From Asaia bogorensis (lineage in GTDB: Bacteria > Pseudomonadota > Alphaproteobacteria > Acetobacterales > Acetobacteraceae), in assembly GCA_945897825.1 (NCBI GenBank), contig CAMDGX010000011.1, positions 5,715-69,714 of the forward strand: a DNA stretch of 64,000 nucleotides. The letters run 5' to 3'. The translations under genes and the position numbers were made by a program. This document shows, piece after piece, positions 1-9,073 of this stretch. The notes under the pieces were generated by a model. That model did not search any database and was not told the origin of the DNA. It was given only the letters and a program-made list of their open reading frames with translations. Numbering within the stretch: position 1 is the first letter of the stretch; every line of letters begins with the position of its first letter.

Positions 1-97
1 ACGAGGACATGCTGGCCAATGTCCAGGCAGCGGCGCGCGGCTACTTCTGATTGGTCGCCCCGCGCGGCCGGATGTGCCCTTCCGGTCGAGCATCGCC

Positions 98-982
98 CTA
101 TCCCTTCACGCCCCCGGCCGTCAGCCCCTCGACCACGAACTTGCGCAGCAGCAGCACCAGCAGAACCGAAGGGGTCAGCGCGATCAGGCAGATCGCCATC
201 ATCAGGTTGAACACGACGAACACGTCGCCGACCAGGCTCGCGATCACCACCGGCAGGGTCATGAATTCCGCCCGGTTGTTCAGGATCAGCGGGATCAGCA
301 GGTCGTTCCACGCGATGATGAACACGATCGCCCCGTAGCTCGCCAGCGCCGGCGTGGACAGCGGCAGTGTGATGCGCAGGAAGGCGGTGAAGCGCGTGCA
401 GCCGTCGATGCGCGCGCTTTCGTCAAGCTCCTTCGGGATCGATGCGAAATACGGCACCAGGATCAGGATGCCGTAGGGCAGCAGGAACCCGGTCAGCGCA
501 ATGATCACGCCCCAGATCGAGTTCAACAGCCCGAGCTGGCGGAACATCACGTAGAGCGGGATCATCAGCACGATGATCGGCACGAACCGGGCAAACACGT
601 TGACGCTGAGCAGCCACGCCACCCAGCGCAGGTTCAGCTTCACGATCGTGTAGGCGGACAGCGACGCAAACACCAAGGTGAGGAACGTGACCGACAGGGA
701 GATGACCACCGAGTTGCCGAGCGCGTGGTAGATCTTCTTGACGTTGTCCGGCAGGTAGGTCGCCTGCTCGAACACCTGCCCGCGCTGTTCGCCGCGGCTG
801 ATGATCACGCGGAAATTGTCGAACGTGATCTCGCCCGGGATGATCGAGCGGGTATCGCCGGCCAGGCTCTTCTCGGCGAGCAGCGAGCCGATCACCACGG
901 CGGCCATCGGCAGCAGGATGAAGCCGATCACCACGAAGTTGGCGAGGTGCAGCAGCAGTTTCTGCAGCGGCGTCTTGCGCAT
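98..982 (-). CDS. carbohydrate ABC transporter permease (MalG-like)
   Basis: Multi-TM translation with an EAA-type loop (ESARIDGCTRFTAFLRITLPL). Start moved to MRKTPLQ (cat 980-982), just after the stop of the upstream permease. Confidence 0.85.
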   Translation of the reverse strand: MRKTPLQKLLLHLANFVVIGFILLPMAAVVIGSLLAEKSLAGDTRSIIPGEITFDNFRVIISRGEQRGQVFEQATYLPDNVKKIYHALGNSVVISLSVTFLTLVFASLSAYTIVKLNLRWVAWLLSVNVFARFVPIIVLMIPLYVMFRQLGLLNSIWGVIIALTGFLLPYGILILVPYFASIPKELDESARIDGCTRFTAFLRITLPLSTPALASYGAIVFIIAWNDLLIPLILNNRAEFMTLPVVIASLVGDVFVVFNLMMAICLIALTPSVLLVLLLRKFVVEGLTAGGVKG

Positions 983-986
983 GGCG

Positions 987-1934
987 TCAGTCCACCCGCC
1001 GGTAGAGCAGCTTGACATAGAGCAGCGCGAGGGCGGCCACGATCAGTGCCAGGATGAAGGCCGAGGCGGCCCCGGCGCCGATGTCGAACGGCGGGGCGAA
1101 CCCCTTCTTGTAGCTGTACCAGCTGGCAACCCAGGTGGCATCGCCCGGCCCACCCTGCGTGATGGCGAGGATCTCGTCGAACACCGCGACCGCGAAGGAG
1201 GTGCGCAGCACCAGCAGAACCACGATCACCGGCATCAGCAGCGGCAGGGTGATGTGGATGAAGCGGTGCCAGCCGCCAGCGCCGTCCACCGAGGCCGCTT
1301 CGTAGAGCTCCTTGTTGATGCCCTGCAGCGCCGCATGGGCCAGCAGGATGGCGAACGGCAGCGTGCGCCAGATATAGGGCACCGCGACGACATACAGCGC
1401 GGTGTCGGCGTTCGAGGTCCAGTCGATCGGGCTGTCGATCGCCCCCACGGAATAGAGCAGCCGGTTCAGGAACCCCGTCTTGCCGTTGTAGATGAACGAC
1501 CAGATCAGCCCGTTGGCGATCGGCGGCACGGCATAGGGCAGCAGGATCAGGAACCGGGTGATCCGGCTGGTCCAGACATCCTGCTGGTTGATCAGGATCG
1601 CGATGGCCACCGCGGCGACCACCTCCACCGTCACCACGAAGGCGGTGAACAGCATCGTGTTCCCGAGCGAGAGCAGGAACAGCGGGTCGGTCAGCACCTT
1701 CTCGTAGTTGTCGAGGCCCACGAAGGGGAAGATCCCGGTCCGCAGCTGGACCAGCGAGACCTTATGCAGCGAGAGATAGCCCGCGTAGTAGATCGGGTAG
1801 GCGAGCACGACCGCCAGGATGATCAGCGTCGGCAGGTTCATGACGAAGCCGAGCAGCCGGGGCGGCAGCTCGCGGCCGAAGCGATGCGCGGGGGCGGCTC
1901 GGCCCCCGCGCACGTTGGCGGTCGTGGCGCTCAC
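987..1934 (-). CDS. carbohydrate ABC transporter permease (MalF-like)
   Basis: Multi-TM translation with EAA loop (EAASVDGAGGWHRFIHITLPLL). Co-oriented and tightly spaced with the flanking ABC genes. Confidence 0.85.
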   Translation of the reverse strand: MSATTANVRGGRAAPAHRFGRELPPRLLGFVMNLPTLIILAVVLAYPIYYAGYLSLHKVSLVQLRTGIFPFVGLDNYEKVLTDPLFLLSLGNTMLFTAFVVTVEVVAAVAIAILINQQDVWTSRITRFLILLPYAVPPIANGLIWSFIYNGKTGFLNRLLYSVGAIDSPIDWTSNADTALYVVAVPYIWRTLPFAILLAHAALQGINKELYEAASVDGAGGWHRFIHITLPLLMPVIVVLLVLRTSFAVAVFDEILAITQGGPGDATWVASWYSYKKGFAPPFDIGAGAASAFILALIVAALALLYVKLLYRRVD

Positions 1935-1950
1935 GCGCGGTGCCTCCGGG

Positions 1951-3309
1951 TCAGCCGCGCTGGACCTGGCGGATCGCGGCGATCAGGTTGTCGCAGCAGG
2001 CATCGGCGGTGATCTGCCCGGTAAGCGCCTTCTGCACCTCGATGTTCAGGCGGTCGCTCCAGGGGAAGTGCCAGGGCTTGTACATCGAGTTGCACACCTC
2101 GCCGACGAACGTGGTCTTCTTCCACATGTCGAGGATCTTCGGCACGTCGCCATACGGCGCCCACCCCTTGCTGATCGCCTCGCTGTTCATCACCGAGTTG
2201 TAGCCGGAGCCGAGCATCGCGTCCTTGGCGAGGTTGATGGCCTGGGAATACTGGCCGTCCTTGGTCTTGCCGCCGAGATACTGCAGCAGCTTCCAGGCCC
2301 ATTCCTTGTTCCGGTTCGCCGTGGTGACGAAATAGACATGGGCGGTGCCGATGGTGCGGCCGTCGCCCGGCGATTCATGCACCTTGATCTTGCCGGCATT
2401 CGGCGACTGCGTCGGGTCGTTGGCGACCTGCAGCGTGTAGTGGTGGTTCGGGCCGCGATACAGGTTCGTGCCGGCGCTGAACGCTTTGGCCGAGCCGACG
2501 AACTGCTGTTTCAGCGATTCCGGATCGGCCAGCCCCTCGGTGAAGGTCTGGACCCACCATTTCAGCGTCTCGCGCGCGATCGAGCCGGCGCCGAGCTGGT
2601 GGTTGCCGGCCTTGTCGAAGAACACGCCGCCTTTGTTCCAGGTCATCTGCAGCCAGGTGCCGGGAAGCTGCTCGAGCCCGACGCCGGCGACCCAGAAGAT
2701 CGGGTATTCGGAAATCTTGTCCTTCTTGGCCTTGCGCGACTGCTCCAGCAGTTCGTCGTAGGTCTTGAAGGGCGTGAACTTCGCCTTCTCCAGCAGCGGC
2801 TCGAAATAGTTCCACACCCAGGTGGTGGAGAAGTAGGGCATGCCCATCAGCTTGCCGTTGTGCACCGCCACCGTCTTCATCATGTCGGTCATGTCGGCCA
2901 CGTAGTCCGCGGCGCCCGGCATGTCGGACAGCGGCTCCACCAGCCCCTGGGACACGAAGTTCCAGAACGAATAGGGAGAGGATTGCGACACGTCGATCGA
3001 CTCGCCACCGGCGAACATCGACAGAAGCTTGGGCGGATGGTCGTTGAACGAAGAAATGGTGGAGTCGACGGTAACGCCCCAGTCCTCCTTAAACTTCGCC
3101 GCGATCTTCGTGTAGATGTCGCCGTAGGTCCAAACGACGAAGTTCAGCTTGTCGACCTTGCCCTTGGGGACCTGCGCCCAGGGCGCGCCTTGCGCCAGGG
3201 CATCCGTCCCGCCCAATCCGGCGCCGAGGCCGGCCAGACCGAGGCCTGCGGATGACTGGAGGAAACCACGCCGGCCGATGCCCGCCATGTAACTGGAGAA
3301 CTCGCTCAT
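1951..3309 (-). CDS. ABC transporter substrate-binding protein, family 1 (sugar-type), twin-arginine leader
   Basis: Start chosen at MSEFSSYMAGIGRRGFLQSSAGLGLAG (RR leader). About 450 aa, with solute-binding composition, lying upstream of the two permeases. Confidence 0.85.
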   Translation of the reverse strand: MSEFSSYMAGIGRRGFLQSSAGLGLAGLGAGLGGTDALAQGAPWAQVPKGKVDKLNFVVWTYGDIYTKIAAKFKEDWGVTVDSTISSFNDHPPKLLSMFAGGESIDVSQSSPYSFWNFVSQGLVEPLSDMPGAADYVADMTDMMKTVAVHNGKLMGMPYFSTTWVWNYFEPLLEKAKFTPFKTYDELLEQSRKAKKDKISEYPIFWVAGVGLEQLPGTWLQMTWNKGGVFFDKAGNHQLGAGSIARETLKWWVQTFTEGLADPESLKQQFVGSAKAFSAGTNLYRGPNHHYTLQVANDPTQSPNAGKIKVHESPGDGRTIGTAHVYFVTTANRNKEWAWKLLQYLGGKTKDGQYSQAINLAKDAMLGSGYNSVMNSEAISKGWAPYGDVPKILDMWKKTTFVGEVCNSMYKPWHFPWSDRLNIEVQKALTGQITADACCDNLIAAIRQVQRG

Positions 3310-3533
3310 CGCTCCGCCTTTCCCTGTTGCCATTGCCGGGCGCCACGCGGCCCGGATGACGTTTGTGCAATGCAGGGTCCACCCCACCGCCGGCCATTGT
3401 CAATGTCGATTTCGACCGGGAGACGTTCGGCAATGTTCGGGGTTCGCCGTGCCAAGTCGCCCGAAGCCCTCCGCCTTGCGGAGACCGCGCGAGGCTAGCA
3501 GAGTCGCGCGACCAACAACCGGAAACGCCCGCC

Positions 3534-4130
3534 ATGAAACTCGCCTTCTCCGCCGCCAGCCCCTATGTCCGAAAGGTCGTCGCCTGCGCCGTCGCGCGCG
3601 GCATCGATGGCCAGATCGAAAAGGCCAAGATCGGCACCACCGACCCGGTGCTGGCCGGGATGAACCCGCTGTCCAAGGTGCCGACGCTGGTCACCGATGA
3701 CGGCATGATGCTCTACGACAGCCCGGTGATCTGCGAATACATCGACAGCATCGGCAGCGCCCCGCCGCTGTTCCCGCCCGCCGGCCCCGCGCGCTGGACC
3801 GCGATCCGCCGCGGCGCCCTGGGCGACGGCATCATGGACGCCGCCCAGCCACGCCGCCGCGAAATCGCCCTGCCGCAGGACGAGGGGCGCACCACCTGGA
3901 TCGAGCAGCAGAAGGGCAAGGTGGCGCGCGCGCTGGATTCGCTGGAGGCCGAGGCGGATTCGCTGAACGGACTTGCCACCTACGGCGAGATCACCATCGC
4001 CTGCGCCCTGGGCTACCTCGACTTCCGCTTCCCGCACGAGCCCTGGCGTCCCGGCCATCCCAAGCTGAGCGCCTGGTACGACAAGGTCCTGGCCATGAAG
4101 CCGATGGCCGAGACGATGCCGGTCGGCTGA
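3534..4130 (+). CDS. glutathione S-transferase family protein
   Basis: N-terminal thioredoxin-like fold signature (MKLAFSAASPYVRKV ... KVPTLVTDDGMMLYDSPVICEYI). Start at ATG 3534, inside the longer ORF 3363..4130. Confidence 0.8.
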   Translation: MKLAFSAASPYVRKVVACAVARGIDGQIEKAKIGTTDPVLAGMNPLSKVPTLVTDDGMMLYDSPVICEYIDSIGSAPPLFPPAGPARWTAIRRGALGDGIMDAAQPRRREIALPQDEGRTTWIEQQKGKVARALDSLEAEADSLNGLATYGEITIACALGYLDFRFPHEPWRPGHPKLSAWYDKVLAMKPMAETMPVG

Positions 4131-4133
4131 GCC

Positions 4134-5201
4134 TCAGTCGTCGACGACAATGAGGGCGGCGGGCGGGATCGCAACCTGCACCGCCGCCCCGATCACGAAG
4201 CGCAGGGCGGCCCCCTCACGGTTCGCCTCGCGCACGCGCAGCGCGCTGCCATCGGCCAAGGCCACATGGAACATGGTGTCGGCGCCGTCATACACGGCGT
4301 GGGCCACCACCCCCGGCAGCCCCTGCCCCACCATCGCCTCCCCGCCCGACAGGATCGCCCGCTCCGGCCGCAGCACCAGGGTCGCCATCTCCCCCGGCGC
4401 ATCCATCGCGGCGTCCAGTTCTCCGCCTGCAACCCGGAAGCGACCCGGTCCAAGGCGGCGCGCGGGCAGGATGTTCGCCTCCCCCACGAAATCAGCCACG
4501 AACCGCGTCGCCGGGCGCTCATAGATCTCGAACGGCGTGCCCACCTGCACCACGCGCCCGCCGCGCAGCACGGCGATCCGGTCGGACAGCGACAGCGCCT
4601 CCTGCTGGTCATGGGTGACAAACACGAAGGTGATGCCGGTTTCCGCCTGCACCCGCTTCAACTCGCCGCGCATCTCGCCGCGCAGCTTCTGGTCCAGGGC
4701 GGAAAGCGGTTCGTCGAGCAGCAACAAGCGGGGCCGACCGGCCAACGCACGGGCCAGCGCCACGCGCTGCTGCTGGCCACCCGAAAGCTCGCGTGGCATG
4801 CGCGGGCCGAAGCCCTCAAGACGCACCAGCGCCAGCATCTCCGCCACCCGCGCATCGATTTCGGCGCGCGGCCGGCGCTGCATTTCGAGCGCAAAGGCGA
4901 TGTTGCGCGCCACCGTCAGGTGCGGAAACACCGCATAGCCCTGGAACACCGTGTTCACCGGCCGGCGATGCGGCGCCAGCCCGTCGAGCGCCTGGCCGCC
5001 CAGGGCAATGGTGCCGGCCTCCAGCGTCTCGAACCCCGCTATGGCGCGCAGCAGCGTGGTCTTGCCGCAGCCGGACGGGCCAAGCAGCGTGAAGAAGTCG
5101 CCCGCCGCGATATCGAGGTCGACGCCATCAAGTGCCCGAACCCCGCCAGGGAAGGTCTTGCAGAGGCCGCGGCACACCAGCCCGGCGGACAGGCCCGCCA
5201 T
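4134..5201 (-). CDS. ABC transporter ATP-binding protein (PotA/MalK-type)
   Basis: Walker A GPSGCGKTT, signature LSGGQQQRVALARAL, Walker B LLLLDEPLSALD. Start at MAGLSAG; the upstream part of the ORF is Arg/Gly-rich non-coding-like sequence. Confidence 0.85.
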   Translation of the reverse strand: MAGLSAGLVCRGLCKTFPGGVRALDGVDLDIAAGDFFTLLGPSGCGKTTLLRAIAGFETLEAGTIALGGQALDGLAPHRRPVNTVFQGYAVFPHLTVARNIAFALEMQRRPRAEIDARVAEMLALVRLEGFGPRMPRELSGGQQQRVALARALAGRPRLLLLDEPLSALDQKLRGEMRGELKRVQAETGITFVFVTHDQQEALSLSDRIAVLRGGRVVQVGTPFEIYERPATRFVADFVGEANILPARRLGPGRFRVAGGELDAAMDAPGEMATLVLRPERAILSGGEAMVGQGLPGVVAHAVYDGADTMFHVALADGSALRVREANREGAALRFVIGAAVQVAIPPAALIVVDD

Positions 5202-5221
5202 CCCCGCGCCGGGCGCGCCGG

Positions 5222-5527
5222 TCAGTGCGTCCAGTTCTCCAGCCGGCCGGCGCGGAAATTGTCGCTGTAGGCCTTGGGCTTCATCACCCGCCTCTGTGGC
5301 AGCTCGACAACGTGCGGGATCGCCTCGCGCTCGGCATAGGCCACGGCATCCTCGCGCGTCGCGAACACCAGGCGAACCTGCGCCTGGGTGTCGCCGCTGC
5401 CGATCCAGCCCATCAGCGGGTCGGCCCGGCGCTGCTCGGAGGGTTCGAACTCCAGCACCCAATCATCGGTCTTGGCCTTGCCCGACTGCATGGCGTTCCT
5501 GGGGATCTGGTAGATGCGCGCCCGCAT
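5222..5527 (-). CDS. ETC complex I subunit family protein (NDUFS4-like)
   Basis: MRARIYQIPRNAMQSGKAKTDDWVLEFEP ... MGWIGSGDT matches my recollection of the conserved bacterial NDUFS4-like family. Start chosen at M41 of the ORF. Confidence 0.75.
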   Translation of the reverse strand: MRARIYQIPRNAMQSGKAKTDDWVLEFEPSEQRRADPLMGWIGSGDTQAQVRLVFATREDAVAYAEREAIPHVVELPQRRVMKPKAYSDNFRAGRLENWTH

Positions 5528-5598
5528 GGCCTCTCCTTCGGCGTCTCGTCCGGCGAGATACCCGCCGGTGTCGTCTGCTTCGTCCTTCGCCACCGCAC

Positions 5599-5675
5599 TG
5601 GTCGGGGCGGCCGGACTCGAACCGGCGGCCTCGTGTACCCAAAACACGCGCGCTACCAGGCTGCGCCACGCCCCG
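5599..5675 (-). tRNA. tRNA-Pro: tRNA-Pro (anticodon UGG)
   Basis: The reverse complement folds as a cloverleaf: CGGGGCG acceptor, GCGC D-stem, anticodon loop TTTGGGT, GGTTCGAGTCC T-arm, terminal CCA. Confidence 0.9.
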
Positions 5676-5738
5676 TCCGTGCCGGCGGCGGGCGGAAGCT
5701 ATGGGCGCGCGCGCGCCAAGGCAAGCGCCAAGCGCAAA

Positions 5739-6215
5739 TCAGCGCGGGTTGACCAGGAACATCGGGTGGACCACCCGGTCGCCCACGTTGATCTCAAGCC
5801 GCTGGCACGTGCCGGCGGCGAGTTCCAGCGTCGCGCGCACCGGCACCTTGCTGTCGATCACCGCCAGGCTTTGCGGAATGGTGCGCTCCACGATGGTGCG
5901 GATGCGCCCGTCCTCGCCGATGAACACCATGTCCAGGCTGACGATGGTGTTGCGCATCCACATCTGCGAGACCCGCGGCCGCCCCCAGTCGAACAACATG
6001 CCGCCATCCGCCGGCACGCGGGGCCGGAACATCAGCCCGATCGACTGCTCCGCCGGCTCGAGCGCCATCTCCACCAGGAAGCTGTGGTTCTGGCCCTTGG
6101 ACGTCGCGATGATGATGCGTTCCTTGCGCAGCTCCGGCTGCGGCCCGATCTGCGCCCGCGCAGGAACCGGCAGCAGCAGCGACCCCAAGCCCAGCAACAA
6201 TGTCCGGCGAATCAT
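5739..6215 (-). CDS. DUF192 domain-containing protein (secreted)
   Basis: Signal peptide MIRRTLLLGLGSLLLPVPARA. The motifs GLMFR ... GMLF ... MWMRNT ... LDMVF are typical of DUF192. Confidence 0.75.
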   Translation of the reverse strand: MIRRTLLLGLGSLLLPVPARAQIGPQPELRKERIIIATSKGQNHSFLVEMALEPAEQSIGLMFRPRVPADGGMLFDWGRPRVSQMWMRNTIVSLDMVFIGEDGRIRTIVERTIPQSLAVIDSKVPVRATLELAAGTCQRLEINVGDRVVHPMFLVNPR

Positions 6216-6217
6216 GC

Positions 6218-7372
6218 TCAGCTCTCCTCCAGGGCCAATGCGGCCAGGCGCCGAACCCCCCCGCGCACAAGCCCCTCGCGCGGCGCATCGCGCAACGTGG
6301 CCACCCAGTGCGCCGGCGGCACCCGCCCGCCAACCCGATGATAGCGCAATTCGCCCAGCACCGAAGCAGCCTCCGGTGTCGTCCGGTCCGGAATCTCGAT
6401 ACCGTTCAGCACTGCCCAGATCCCCGCCCAGCAGCGCCCGGCCGAGAACGGGTTGTAGCCACCGCCGCCGGTCACCACCAGCCGCGGCGCCAGCCCCATC
6501 ACCGCGCGCACCACCTGGAAATGCGCGTTGTTGGACAGCGACAGCTTCGCCAGCGGGTCCTCCTCCAGCGCATCCGCCCCGGCCTGGAGCATGATCGCCT
6601 CGGGCCGGAACCCGCCGATCAACGGCAGGATCGCCTCGTGCAGCAGCCAGCGCATCTCGCTGTCGTTGAAGCCCGGCGGCACCGGAAAATTGCGCGCCAT
6701 GCCCCCGGCGCGGTCATCTTCCGCCCCGCTATGCGGCCAGCGCCCCGCCTCGTGCACCGAGATGGTCAGCACCCGGTCGTCGTCATGGAACGCATCCTGC
6801 ACCCCATCGCCATGATGCGCGTCGATATCGAGATAGACGATGCGCGTCAGCCCGGCGGCCAGCCACTCGGTGATGCCAAGCACCGGATCGTTCAGGTAGC
6901 AGAACCCGCTCGCCCGGTCCGGCCGGCCATGATGCGTGCCGCCCCCCGGGCAATGCACGATGCCGCCTCCCAGCACCGTCCGGCAGGCCAGCGCCACGCC
7001 ACCGGCCGAGGTCGCCGGGCGGCGATACATCTCGCGAAACACCGGATTGCCCGCCGCCCCCAGCACATGCCGCTTGCGCACCGCCTCGCTCACCGCCTGC
7101 TCCGCCTCGGCACGCTTCAGCGCCGCGACATACTCCGCGGTATGGAACCGGAGCAGCAGATCATCCCCCGCCAGCGGCGCCTCCAGGTAGCGCCCGTCAT
7201 CGAGCCACCCCATCGCGCGCACCAGATCGGTGCACACCGAAACACGCGGCACCGCCAGCGGGTGCTTCGGCCCGTAGCTGGACCGCCGATAGATCTCGCT
7301 GCCGATATAGGAAGGAAGCGCTTCTTTTTTTGAAAAAAAAGAAGCAAAAAAACTTTCGCCCATTTCCTGCAT
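6218..7372 (-). CDS. histone deacetylase family protein (AcuC/acetoin utilization-like)
   Basis: HDAC motifs (GGGTHHGRPDRASGFCYLND, DIDAHHGDGVQ, GGGGYNP). The conserved N-terminus begins at YIGSEIYRRSSYGPKHPL. The only in-frame ATGs (7363, 7372) lie inside the AT-rich repeat, so the start is uncertain. Confidence 0.85.
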   Translation of the reverse strand: MQEMGESFFASFFSKKEALPSYIGSEIYRRSSYGPKHPLAVPRVSVCTDLVRAMGWLDDGRYLEAPLAGDDLLLRFHTAEYVAALKRAEAEQAVSEAVRKRHVLGAAGNPVFREMYRRPATSAGGVALACRTVLGGGIVHCPGGGTHHGRPDRASGFCYLNDPVLGITEWLAAGLTRIVYLDIDAHHGDGVQDAFHDDDRVLTISVHEAGRWPHSGAEDDRAGGMARNFPVPPGFNDSEMRWLLHEAILPLIGGFRPEAIMLQAGADALEEDPLAKLSLSNNAHFQVVRAVMGLAPRLVVTGGGGYNPFSAGRCWAGIWAVLNGIEIPDRTTPEAASVLGELRYHRVGGRVPPAHWVATLRDAPREGLVRGGVRRLAALALEES

Positions 7373-7437
7373 GATCAGACGCCAAGCAAATGGACGAAAG
7401 TTTTTTGGTTCTTTTTTTCAAAAAAGAACATGCTTGC
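7311..7437. repeat. AT-rich nested-palindrome element, copy 1 (two inverted ~55-bp units)
   Basis: Left unit GAAGGAAGCGCTTCTTTTTTTGAAAAAAAAGAAGCAAAAAAACTTTCGCCCATTT. Right unit AAATGGACGAAAGTTTTTTGGTTCTTTTTTTCAAAAAAGAACATGCTTGC. Local hairpins at 7320-7345 and 7408-7429. Confidence 0.9.
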
Positions 7438-8342
7438 TAGACTGTCGGCAGCACCGTCTTCACGATCGACGCATCCAGCGCCTCGTAGTCATGCAGCCCG
7501 ATCGTGTCGTACAGCTCCGCCCGCGTCTGCATGCGCTCCAGCATCGCCTGCGTGCCGCCGTCGCGCGCGATGGCGGCATACAGTTCCTCGGACGCCTTGG
7601 CCGAGACGCGCATGGAACTCACCGGCCAGATCACCATTGCATACCCCATCGCCTCGAACTCGCTGGCGGTGAAGAACGGCGTGCGGCCGAACTCGGTCAT
7701 GTTCGCCAGCAGCGGCGCCTGCACGCGCGACGCGAACTCGCGGAACATCTCGGCCGACGTCATCGCCTCCGGGAAGATCGCATCGGCCCCGGCCTCGAGA
7801 TACAGCTTCGCCCGCGCCACCGCCCCGTCCATCCCCTCGCTCGCCGCGGCGTCCGTGCGCGCGATGATATACAGGTGCCGCCGCGCCCGCCGCGCCGCCG
7901 CCACCTTGGCCGCCATGTCGTGCGCATCGGCCAGCTTCTTGTCGTTCAGGTGGCCGCACTTCTTCGGCAGCAGCTGGTCCTCGATATGCACCGCCCCTGC
8001 CCCGGCATCCTCGAAGCTTCGCACCATGTGCATGACATTCAGCGCCTCGCCGTAGCCGGTATCGCCATCCACCAGCAGCGGCAGGCCCGACGCGCGCACC
8101 ACCTGGCGCACGAAGAAGCACACCTCGTCGACCGTGATCATCCCGAGGTCCGGAATGCCCATCGAGGCGGTCATCGCCGCCCCCGACAGGTACAACCCCT
8201 CGAACCCCGCCCGCCTGGCCTGCAGCGCCGCCATGCCGTTATGCGCCCCCGGCAGCCGCGCGATCCCCCCCCTCTCCACCAGGCGGCGGAACCGCACCCC
8301 GGCGGGCTCGTGGGGCAGGTCGTCGGCGATCAGATAGGGCAT
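7437..8342 (-). CDS. isocitrate lyase/PEP mutase family protein (methylisocitrate lyase or carboxyvinyl-carboxyphosphonate phosphorylmutase-like)
   Basis: LPGAHNGMAALQARRAGFEGLYLSGAA ... LLVDGDTGYG ... HIEDQLLPKKCGHL motifs. Start at MPYLIADD (cat 8340-8342). Confidence 0.8.
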   Translation of the reverse strand: MPYLIADDLPHEPAGVRFRRLVERGGIARLPGAHNGMAALQARRAGFEGLYLSGAAMTASMGIPDLGMITVDEVCFFVRQVVRASGLPLLVDGDTGYGEALNVMHMVRSFEDAGAGAVHIEDQLLPKKCGHLNDKKLADAHDMAAKVAAARRARRHLYIIARTDAAASEGMDGAVARAKLYLEAGADAIFPEAMTSAEMFREFASRVQAPLLANMTEFGRTPFFTASEFEAMGYAMVIWPVSSMRVSAKASEELYAAIARDGGTQAMLERMQTRAELYDTIGLHDYEALDASIVKTVLPTV

Positions 8343-8461
8343 CTTGCGGTTTCCCCTGGCGGAACGGTGCCGGCGCCCCCAGCTGAGCTTCCCGGGGCAT
8401 CGGTTGCATGCCCCCTCCCCTATAAGTAACTTCCGCCCCGCGCAACGGAGAACGGCAACCG

Positions 8462-9073
8462 ATGGACATGTCCGGCGAGCGGCGGATTTCCGCGCCACGC
8501 GAGAAGGTGTGGGCAGCCCTCAACGACCCGGCGGTGCTCAAGGCCGCGATCCCCGGCTGCGAGACCATGGAGAAGCTGTCCGACACCGAGCTGAAGGCCA
8601 CCGCCTCGGTGAAGATCGGCCCGATCTCGGCCAAGTTTGCCGGCAAGGTGAACCTGCTCGACCTCGACCCGCCCAATGGCTACCGCATCGAGGGCGAGGG
8701 CCAGGGCGGCGTCGCCGGCTTCGCCAAGGGCGGCGCCAGCGTCCGCCTGCTCGCCGACGGAACCGACACCATCCTCTCCTACGACGTGAAGGCAAATGTC
8801 GGCGGCAAGATCGCCCAGCTCGGCGCCCGCCTGATCGACGCCACCGCCAAGCAGATGGCCGACGCCTTCTTCGACCGCTTCGCCGCCCAGGTCGCCACCG
8901 CCGAAGCCACGCCCGAAGCCGCCGCCGCCCCGACCCCGGCTCCGGCGCCCGCCCCCAGCATCTCGCTGCTCGACATGATCCCCCGCGAACCCGGCGGCCT
9001 GCCGATCGTCGCCTGGATCGGCATCGCGCTGTTTGTCCCGGTCGCGTTCCTGCTGCTCAAGGGCTTCTTCTGA
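8462..9073 (+). CDS. coxG: SRPBCC/CoxG family protein with C-terminal hydrophobic tail
   Basis: CoxG-like N-terminal domain (RISAPREKVWAALNDPAVLKAAIPGCE ... GPISAKFAGKV), an Ala/Pro linker, then LPIVAWIGIALFVPVAFLLLKGFF. Confidence 0.8.
   Translation: MDMSGERRISAPREKVWAALNDPAVLKAAIPGCETMEKLSDTELKATASVKIGPISAKFAGKVNLLDLDPPNGYRIEGEGQGGVAGFAKGGASVRLLADGTDTILSYDVKANVGGKIAQLGARLIDATAKQMADAFFDRFAAQVATAEATPEAAAAPTPAPAPAPSISLLDMIPREPGGLPIVAWIGIALFVPVAFLLLKGFF

Noticed and set aside
74-2012. Long plus-strand ORFs (74..1015, 801..2012) antisense to the ABC permease genes.
   Set aside because: The translations are Arg/Gln/His/Asp/Pro-rich low-complexity strings with no motifs. The opposite strand encodes clear permeases. 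These are typical GC-driven shadow ORFs.
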